Virus record (IMG/VR): IMGVR_UViG_3300036859_000155
Coordinates: 1 to 41,268 of that record
Length of the DNA stretch: 41,268 nt
From: a virus
Lineage: Duplodnaviria > Caudoviricetes
Reading direction: 5' to 3' (one strand)
In this document: in pieces, positions 1 through 5,287 of the stretch
Layout: the number at the start of each line of letters is the position of its first letter
How positions within the stretch are numbered: position 1 is the first letter of the stretch
Position numbers and translations under genes: made by a program
The notes under the pieces: model-generated
What the model was told of the DNA's origin: nothing
The model's database searches: none
What the model saw: the letters and a program-made list of their open reading frames with translations, nothing else

Positions 1-127
1 TGCTAGTGAGTCTACTCGCGCGCTTTGGGCACTCATAGAGGAGGAAAATGCTAGCGCGCATGATCCCGTTTGGTACGGCACTCAGGTTATCCCGCGCTAC
101 GCCTAAGCGGAGAGGAGGAAACGAATG
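1..127. repeat. Terminal direct repeat, copy 1 (identical to 41142-41268); circular contig overlap
   Basis: tgctagtgagtc...ggaaacgaatg occurs at both ends; 127 bp is a common assembler k-mer length. Confidence 0.95.
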
Positions 128-880
128 TCTAGCAATCATCGGAAGCGCCGCAAGCAACGCGGCACGCCACGCTATGATCGAAACGGAAACCGCTGGTATT
201 ACGATGAGAAGACCTGGCACCGCGCAACTAATGATCCCGCGCTTGCGCCATTCGCCGAATGGGCAGAAGAAGACTCCTCGGACGATACCCTCGCGCGCTT
301 TGAATCACTGCGTGAGGTCGACACTGCGCCAGGGAGTTACGCACGTGCCGGTACGTCCTGGTGGGACAGTGTCAACATAAAGAGCCTATGGTATCGACGT
401 TGCGAACACTGGCGCGTGCCATTCGCGCTAGAGAATGGGCTAACAGTCTTCGCTAGCGCTTGGACCGACCGACCGTCGAAGCATCGTTTGGCGCGCGGTT
501 GGGCAGACATCGGTTTCTACCTGGACAACGCCTGGGCCGGTAGTAGCGTATTCGTGTCAGCGGGCGCCGACGTGCCATTCGTCGCCAAGCGCGAGTGCCG
601 GTCGATTCTGTTTCCCTGGCCCGATTACAGTGTCCCGCGCGACTGTGAGACACTCTTCGCAGGGCTTCGTTGGTTAGTTGGCCAGGTAGCTCATCAGCGC
701 GTAGAGATCGGTTGCTTTGGTGGCCACGGGAGGACAGGTAGCGCACTGGCAGGATTGCTAGTCGCGCAAGGTATCGACCCGGACGTAGCAATCCGCAGGG
801 TACGCACGGAGTACTGCTTCGAAGCAATCGAAACCACCGAACAGGAAGCCCTACTCCGACTGCTAGGAGGGATGGTATGA
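125..880 (+). CDS. Protein-tyrosine/dual-specificity phosphatase-like protein
   Basis: CX5R P-loop IGCFGGHGRTGSAL, WPD loop (FPWPDYS), Q-loop ETTEQ; RBS gaggagg. Confidence 0.85.
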   Translation: MSSNHRKRRKQRGTPRYDRNGNRWYYDEKTWHRATNDPALAPFAEWAEEDSSDDTLARFESLREVDTAPGSYARAGTSWWDSVNIKSLWYRRCEHWRVPFALENGLTVFASAWTDRPSKHRLARGWADIGFYLDNAWAGSSVFVSAGADVPFVAKRECRSILFPWPDYSVPRDCETLFAGLRWLVGQVAHQRVEIGCFGGHGRTGSALAGLLVAQGIDPDVAIRRVRTEYCFEAIETTEQEALLRLLGGMV

Positions 881-1050
881 GGACGTGCGTAGCGTGCGAG
901 GAAGAACACTCTAGCGCTACCTGTTGCGACTGCGGCGCTCCCGCGCTAGGTATCGGGAGGTATGCCTGCTTGTGCGCGGAACACGGGTATGAGGCGTATG
1001 AGGACGCGCGCGCCGATGCCGCGCAAGATGAGAGAGGAGCGGGACTATGA
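877..1050 (+). CDS. Small Cys-rich (Zn-finger-like) protein, 57 aa
   Basis: Not in ORF track; MRTCVACEEEHSSATCCDCGAP...CLCAEH; ATGA overlaps at both ends. Confidence 0.65.
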   Translation: MRTCVACEEEHSSATCCDCGAPALGIGRYACLCAEHGYEAYEDARADAAQDERGAGL

Positions 1051-1301
1051 TCGAAAGCTCATTCGATCTACTAGGGGAAGCGACACTACATCGCACGCCT
1101 ATCTATGTTATGCCCGATGAGCTGATTCGCGTGCTGCCCGATGGCGTAGTGGCAATCGGCACTCAGAGGATTGTCTTCGCCGAGCCAGCGCAGGGACTTC
1201 AACTAGGCGAGGCGTTTACTCTGGCCGCTCGCGCTTTGGCCACTAGCCACGCTGTAGCGCGCCAGGACGCTCTAGAGGGAGAAGGGAGGGACGGCAACTA
1301 G
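1047..1301 (+). CDS. Hypothetical protein
   Basis: RBS gaggag; coupled to upstream stop. Confidence 0.65.
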   Translation: MIESSFDLLGEATLHRTPIYVMPDELIRVLPDGVVAIGTQRIVFAEPAQGLQLGEAFTLAARALATSHAVARQDALEGEGRDGN

Positions 1302-1345
1302 CACTAGGGCAATCTCCGCGCTGAGAGAGCCTCAGCAGGAGGAGT

Positions 1346-1385
1346 GAGAGAGGGATGCTACATCGGTCCCTCTCTCTTGCTTTGT
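1346..1385 (+). terminator. Intrinsic terminator of early operon
   Basis: gagagaggga...tccctctctc stem followed by ttgctttgt. Confidence 0.6.
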
Positions 1386-1502
1386 ATGCAAAATCTACTC
1401 TAAACAGACATTAGCCCTGCTCAGCGTGTCTGAATCATCCCGAATCCCTCTGAGACCCCCTTCTGAGCCCTGTAGCGCCCTGTGAGCCTATCTAGACTAT
1501 TG

Positions 1503-1668
1503 GGACATAGCGTCAGTAATGGTACAAAGCGGTAGCGCTAAGCGGGACAAACTAGGACATTCTGCCAGCCTGGCAATATGTCCGGTATGTCCTAGGACAA
1601 TCTACGCAAACAGGACAGGACGAAGCGGGATCAACCGGACATATCGGGATACCCCCTGGGGGTACCCC
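1503..1668. repeat. Cluster of GGACA/TGTCC motifs plus palindrome TACCCCC-T-GGGGGTA
   Basis: GGACA at 1503, 1545, 1555, 1595, 1613, 1637; TGTCC at 1579, 1588; lies in a ~500 bp non-coding gap. Confidence 0.65.
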
Positions 1669-1808
1669 TCCGAACCGACCCCAGGTCTATAAATGGGTGG
1701 TGGGGAGGGGGGCCGAAGGGGCTATCCTCTAAATTTCTGCTGTTTTCCTCACTCGGAGAGGCTAACCTTTACTAAGTCTCCATCTAAGCAAAGGTTGGTG
1801 TAGAATCT

Positions 1809-2027
1809 TTGTCTATGGGCTCCCTAGAGGATCATCCGCTGGGTATAATGGCTGGTCTTGTTCTTCCAGCAGCGGTGTATGAAGCGTGGGCGCTGGCGAC
1901 CGGGAGGGTGCCCACCATCTCCTCTCTGCTCTGGAGGGCGCCGCGGTGGGCTCTGTATACGGGATGGGTGATTCTTGGGTGGCACATCCTGGGAGGCAGG
2001 GATGTCCTGCGGCGAAGACCTGCTTGA
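1809..2027 (+). CDS. Small membrane protein
   Basis: Two hydrophobic segments; TG-n-TAGAAT at ~1798-1806 just upstream (leaderless). Confidence 0.6.
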   Translation: MSMGSLEDHPLGIMAGLVLPAAVYEAWALATGRVPTISSLLWRAPRWALYTGWVILGWHILGGRDVLRRRPA

Positions 2028-2089
2028 CCTTGAAGGCCAAGAGGGGTCGGAGGATTGTGGTAGAATGGCCTTTGGTGTAGGAGGAAGAC

Positions 2090-2239
2090 ATGCCCCTGAA
2101 GGGCGGCAAGCGAAACATCGGCAAGAACATCAAGACCGAGATGGCGCACGGGAAGCCCAAAAAGCAGGCCGTCGCTATCGCCCTGAATGTCGCCCGTAAG
2201 TCAGGAGCCAAGATACCCAAGAAGGGAAAGAGGTACTAA
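2090..2239 (+). CDS. Small basic phage protein (MPLK...GKPxKQAVAIAL family), 49 aa
   Basis: Not in ORF track; MPLKGGKRNIGKNIKTEMAHGKPKKQAVAIALNVARK; RBS aggagg; promoter TGTGGTAGAAT at ~2056. Confidence 0.8.
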   Translation: MPLKGGKRNIGKNIKTEMAHGKPKKQAVAIALNVARKSGAKIPKKGKRY

Positions 2240-2457
2240 TGCCACACGGTTCAGACTGGAGTGAAGGCCTGAACGCCCCTTCGGGCGAGCAGGACTCGAA
2301 GGACTCGTCTTTCTACGGTATCAATCGTCCGAAGACCGATTCCTCGACCGTTCCTGACGAGGGAGTCCCCAACGGCGGCTCGATGGGCGCGCATGGATCG
2401 GTGCCCGCCTCGCAGTTGGACGAGAAAGACGGCTACGCGCACATCCTCGGAGGATAG
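2239..2457 (+). CDS. Small acidic disordered protein
   Basis: Coupled via TAATG; GC3-rich codons. Confidence 0.7.
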   Translation: MPHGSDWSEGLNAPSGEQDSKDSSFYGINRPKTDSSTVPDEGVPNGGSMGAHGSVPASQLDEKDGYAHILGG

Positions 2458-2459
2458 GC

Positions 2460-2684
2460 ATGGAGAACCCGCAGAAGGGAACTGCGACCCACGGAGACAA
2501 GGGAGCCCATTCGGACTCCTCGGATGCGCGGGCGACTCAATTCACCCCCGATCCGCGTAACGAAGGGGCTACGGTGTCCTATCCGGCCCTGACCTCCAAC
2601 GCCGACTCGGTACAGCCCGGCAAGCCCTACGCTTCGCCCGGCGAGGTTCGCAAGGACGACCCGGACCCGTATGGGGTTTCCTAA
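2460..2684 (+). CDS. Small disordered protein
   Basis: RBS ggagg; operon context. Confidence 0.7.
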   Translation: MENPQKGTATHGDKGAHSDSSDARATQFTPDPRNEGATVSYPALTSNADSVQPGKPYASPGEVRKDDPDPYGVS

Positions 2685-3010
2685 TGCCGAAGGTAGAGCG
2701 CGAGTCACGCAGCGCGGTTAGGGTTCGCATCGGTACTGCCGCGAAGATTACCCGTGGGCAGGATCGCCCGGTTCCGCGCGGCGAGACAAGAGCTAACTTC
2801 GGACCTGAGTACCTGCGTTCGGTGGGTTTCACCAGACCAGCCGACCCAACCCAACGTCGCACGGGAGCCGGAAGAACCACTGTAGCCGATCTGGACCGCG
2901 AAATCGCTCGCGCGAAAGCTCTTGGGCGATATGAGGTCGGAAGTTACACCAGTCGCGCCACCACGGCCACCATCAAGGAATCCCAAAGGCGTAGCAAGAG
3001 GCGCGGATAA
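2684..3010 (+). CDS. Basic hypothetical protein
   Basis: TAATG coupling; motif VPRGETRANF. Confidence 0.65.
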   Translation: MPKVERESRSAVRVRIGTAAKITRGQDRPVPRGETRANFGPEYLRSVGFTRPADPTQRRTGAGRTTVADLDREIARAKALGRYEVGSYTSRATTATIKESQRRSKRRG

Positions 3011-3186
3011 TGGCTGCTACCGCTGGTGTCCAGGCGTATGAGGCCAGCCAAAAACTCAGAACGGGAACCCGGAAGCCCGCCACAACCGACGAACCGGGTA
3101 CGATGGTTCCCCGCGGCAAGGTTCGGGCGAACTTCAAGATCGGGAATGTTCCCTCGCCGCAAGTCCCGCGCTATGGCGCGGTTTGA
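3010..3186 (+). CDS. Small basic protein, 58 aa, partial paralog of upstream gene
   Basis: Not in ORF track; TAATG coupling; MAATAGVQ...VPRGKVRANF...RYGAV. Confidence 0.65.
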   Translation: MAATAGVQAYEASQKLRTGTRKPATTDEPGTMVPRGKVRANFKIGNVPSPQVPRYGAV

Positions 3187-3212
3187 CGAAACTTCCGATC
3201 ATCTGATATACT
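3183..3212 (+). promoter_or_regulatory. Sigma70-type promoter of tRNA array
   Basis: TTGACG-18nt-TATACT with TG extension, ~7 nt before the first tRNA. Confidence 0.8.
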
Positions 3213-3219
3213 GATCCCT

Positions 3220-3289
3220 GCGGTGGTTCTCCTGGGAGAGAACCGAGCCTCCAAAACTCGTTCAGTCGGTTCGAATCCGGCCCGCCGTG
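3220..3289 (+). tRNA. tRNA-Trp(CCA)
   Basis: Acceptor gcggtgg/ccgccgt, loop ct-CCA-aa, T-loop ttcgaat; atypical D-arm. Confidence 0.85.
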
Positions 3290-3290
3290 C

Positions 3291-3362
3291 TCACCAGTAG
3301 CTCAACAGCAGAGCGTCCGTCTGATACGCGGGAGGCACCAGGGGCAGCACCTGGTTGGTGAA
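3291..3362 (+). tRNA. tRNA-Ile(GAT)
   Basis: tcaccag/ttggtga, D-stem gctc/gagc, ct-GAT-ac; non-canonical T-loop ggcagca. Confidence 0.8.
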
Positions 3363-3364
3363 CG

Positions 3365-3436
3365 TCAGCAGTGGTGTAATTGGCAGCACAAGAGGCTCTG
3401 AACCTCTTAGTTCGGGTTCGATTCCCGGCTGAGGAT
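3365..3436 (+). tRNA. tRNA-Gln(CTG)
   Basis: agagg-ct-CTG-aa-cctct, T-loop ttcgatt; two acceptor-stem mismatches. Confidence 0.85.
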
Positions 3437-3437
3437 C

Positions 3438-3506
3438 GGCCTTGTGACTTCGGAAGCGGGAGCCTTTCGTAAGGGTTCCAACGCGGTTCGACTCCGCGCT
3501 CGGCCT
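3438..3506 (+). tRNA. tRNA-Thr(CGT), atypical
   Basis: ggagcct-tt-CGT-aa-gggttcc, T-arm cgcgg-ttcgact-ccgcg, minimal D-arm. Confidence 0.7.
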
Positions 3507-3507
3507 C

Positions 3508-3575
3508 GCCAGAGGAGATGGACTCGGAAGTCACTTGTAACGACTTCCTTCTCAGTTCGATTCTGAGTTCTGGCT
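3508..3575 (+). tRNA. tRNA-Thr(TGT), atypical
   Basis: gccagag/ttctggc, ggaagtca-ct-TGT-aa-cgacttcc, T-arm ctcag-ttcgatt-ctgag, minimal D-arm. Confidence 0.7.
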
Positions 3576-3576
3576 C

Positions 3577-3649
3577 TGCGCGTTGGAGGAGAGGTTGCCT
3601 CGGAGGGCTCATAACCCTCAGACGTGGGATCGTCGGCCCACACGCGCTA
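3577..3649 (+). tRNA. tRNA-Met(CAT), initiator-like
   Basis: gaggg-ct-CAT-aa-ccctc (three G-C pairs), 1:72 mismatch; T-loop atcgtcgg. Confidence 0.8.
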
Positions 3650-3650
3650 C

Positions 3651-3734
3651 GGAGGGCTCTGCTGCATGGGCGGCAACCGGCGTCGAATACCGGGGTGGCG
3701 GGAACGCCAGGGGTTCGATTCCTCAGCCTCTCCG
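3651..3734 (+). tRNA. tRNA-Ser(CGA)
   Basis: ccggc-gt-CGA-at-accgg, long variable arm tggcg/cgcca, G discriminator. Confidence 0.85.
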
Positions 3735-3735
3735 C

Positions 3736-3807
3736 TGAGCGTGGCGGGCCTAGTGGCCCAGCAGTTCTTATAAAGCTGCGAGCCGAGTGCGATCCTCGGG
3801 CGCTCTA
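3736..3807 (+). tRNA. tRNA-Ile(TAT)
   Basis: gcagtt-ct-TAT-aa-agctgc, T-arm ccgag/ctcgg, acceptor tgagcgt/gcgctct. Confidence 0.75.
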
Positions 3808-3808
3808 C

Positions 3809-3879
3809 TCTAGGCTCGCCAATTGGCAGGCATGGAGGCTTTGAACCTCCCGATGCTGGTTCGAATCCAGCGCCTAGAA
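3809..3879 (+). tRNA. tRNA-Gln(TTG)
   Basis: Canonical cloverleaf: tctaggc/gcctaga, ggagg-ct-TTG-aa-cctcc. Confidence 0.92.
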
Positions 3880-3880
3880 C

Positions 3881-3950
3881 GCCCTTCGTGCCGGACGCAC
3901 AGGCAGGACTTCTAATCCCGCCAGGCGGAGTTCAACTCTTCGGAGGGGCG
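3881..3950 (+). tRNA. tRNA-Arg(TCT)
   Basis: gcccttc/gaggggc, ct-TCT-aa, T-loop ttcaact, short D-arm. Confidence 0.8.
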
Positions 3951-3951
3951 C

Positions 3952-4024
3952 GTGCGTGTAGCCCAACGGTAGAGGCACCGGCGTCAAGACCCGGCCAGTG
4001 TGGGTTCGAATCCCTCGGCGCACA
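3952..4024 (+). tRNA. tRNA-Leu(CAA), short variable loop
   Basis: gtgcgtg/ggcgcac, tagcccaacggtagaggc D-arm, gt-CAA-ga. Confidence 0.85.
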
Positions 4025-4025
4025 C

Positions 4026-4098
4026 GGGATCGTCGTCCAACGGCTAGGATCGCCGCCTTTTAAGCGGAGTGATGAGGGTTCGAATCCTTCCGGTCCCA
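4026..4098 (+). tRNA. tRNA-Lys(TTT)
   Basis: gggatcg/cggtccc, ccgc-ct-TTT-aa-gcgg, T-loop ttcgaat. Confidence 0.85.
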
Positions 4099-4099
4099 C

Positions 4100-4166
4100 G
4101 ACTGCGAGCCGAGTGTAGACAGGGATTGCAACCCCCTGGACGTGGGCGCGACTCCCACCGCAGTCT
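4100..4166 (+). tRNA. tRNA-Cys(GCA), D-arm degenerate
   Basis: gactgcg/cgcagtc, tt-GCA-ac, U discriminator, T-stem gtggg/cccac. Confidence 0.75.
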
Positions 4167-4167
4167 C

Positions 4168-4233
4168 TCCCTCGGGATAGACCGATGCGGCTCTCCTAAA
4201 GCCGCTGCCCAGGTGCGATTCCTGGCGGGGGAA
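4168..4233 (+). tRNA. tRNA-Arg(CCT), D-arm degenerate
   Basis: tccctcg/cggggga, gcggct-ct-CCT-aa-agccgc, T-stem ccagg/cctgg; only 66 nt. Confidence 0.75.
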
Positions 4234-4279
4234 CATATTATCGCACGGTGCGAGAAATGGGGCACTTGCGAGAAAAGAT

Positions 4280-4353
4280 GTGACCCAACCCAAAGAGTGC
4301 GGGGGGATGGCTGTGAACCATCTCGCTAGTGGGTGCGACTCCCACGGGCCACC
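4280..4353 (+). tRNA. tRNA-His(GTG)
   Basis: gtgaccc/gggccac, gatgg-ct-GTG-aa-ccatc, C discriminator. Confidence 0.75.
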
Positions 4354-4675
4354 AACTAGGCGTGTTCTTCAGCGTGACAGTTCGCACACATAAGAACACA
4401 ATTCTTCAATTCCTGCTCGATTTCTTCCCAGGACTTAGTGTAGGATTCATTGATCCCAAATTTCTTGATTCCGTGATGATGGGCGTGAAGAGCAGCGAGG
4501 CATTTTTTGTATCCACAGCGCAGACATTCCCCACCCAGATATAACACGATCCGCTCTTTGAGGGCACGCCGCTTCTTCTTGAAGTGTTCGCGTTGATACG
4601 CTCTATGAACCGCTGGGTCTTTGTAGGGCATTGGGTTATAAGTATAGCATATAACCCAATAACGGGCCACCCTAG
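4344..4675. mobile_element. Candidate HNH insertion cassette bounded by a direct repeat of the tRNA-His 3' end
   Basis: acgggccacc at 4344-4353 and 4662-4671, each followed closely by ctag; 11-bp inverted repeat 4630-4640/4650-4660. Confidence 0.6.
4356..4631 (-). CDS. HNH endonuclease (start reassigned to MPYKDP)
   Basis: CLRCG...LHAHH...CVLMCANCHAEEH; ATG at 4631 lies 9 nt after TG-c-TATACT. Confidence 0.85.
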   Translation of the reverse strand: MPYKDPAVHRAYQREHFKKKRRALKERIVLYLGGECLRCGYKKCLAALHAHHHGIKKFGINESYTKSWEEIEQELKNCVLMCANCHAEEHA

Positions 4676-4720
4676 AGGGGTACCGCCCCGGCCGCTTGTG
4701 CCGGGTGAGCGGGCTCCTCG

Positions 4721-4756
4721 TTGACTATTATGTCACCCACCTGGTAGAATCTTCCA
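4721..4756 (+). promoter_or_regulatory. Promoter for leaderless gene at 4758
   Basis: TTGACT-18nt-TAGAAT, TG extension, ATG 7 nt downstream. Confidence 0.75.
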
Positions 4757-4757
4757 T

Positions 4758-5189
4758 ATGCCCAATGAGCAGCAGTGGAAGAGCCTTGAAGATGCGGTGC
4801 GCCGGTATGCCGACCTGCTGGGCTTGAAGGATTGGCGCATCGAAGTTATGCGGGAACACCCCAAGGAAGATTCTGACCTCGGAGAGTGTAGAGTCATTTA
4901 CGGGCGGCGGATGGCGCAGATTCTATTCTGCCAGTCCTTTTTCGAAGTTAACCCGGAGGAGCAGCGCAGCACCATCATCCACGAACTACTCCACTGTCAC
5001 TTCGACAGCCCCTTCCAGGAAGCCGCCAAACTCCAGGATCACGTAAATCCCGCCGTATGGCATGTCTTTCATGCCTCATATCACGAGAGAACGGAGCTAG
5101 TGGTGGACACTATCGCCGAGGCGATTGGAAGGTTGATGCCCCTACCGGGGCTAGTGAGTAATGCTTCGCTGTCTTCGGTGAGGGAATGA
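4758..5189 (+). CDS. Zincin-like metallopeptidase (HEXXH)
   Basis: STIIHELLHCH followed by a downstream Glu (ERTE). Confidence 0.7.
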   Translation: MPNEQQWKSLEDAVRRYADLLGLKDWRIEVMREHPKEDSDLGECRVIYGRRMAQILFCQSFFEVNPEEQRSTIIHELLHCHFDSPFQEAAKLQDHVNPAVWHVFHASYHERTELVVDTIAEAIGRLMPLPGLVSNASLSSVRE

Positions 5190-5224
5190 GACTATATCTC
5201 TTCCTTACTTCCCCTGATCGGTGC

Positions 5225-5254
5225 ATTATAATTAATACTAATAGGGTTTGTCAA
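5225..5254 (-). promoter_or_regulatory. Consensus sigma70 promoter, antisense to the 4758-5189 gene
   Basis: Reverse complement reads TTGACA-aaccctattagtattaat-TATAAT in an AT-rich island. Confidence 0.75.
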
Positions 5255-5287
5255 CTCTAAAGTAGTGGTTGAGGGTTTGGAGAAATT

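Noticed and set aside
1-127. 127-bp terminal repeat as a biological DTR
   Set aside because: It cuts through a gene and matches a typical assembler k-mer, so it only indicates circularity.
3977-3995. Opal suppressor tRNA (TCA in cgTCAag)
   Set aside because: The centre of the loop, after U33, is CAA (Leu); TCA is off-register.
4234-4279. Additional tRNA between Arg(CCT) and His
   Set aside because: Only a short tcgcac/gtgcga hairpin; no cloverleaf.
3262-4329. ORFs predicted over the tRNA array
   Set aside because: Fully explained by tRNA genes; no RBS or protein motifs.
4344-4671. attP/prophage attachment site in tRNA-His
   Set aside because: No integrase in the genome, and the duplication brackets only the HNH gene.
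5186-5204. Group I intron-like words (GAGACTATA / GATATAGTC)
   Set aside because: They are one short hairpin read on the two strands; no interrupted gene or other intron core elements.
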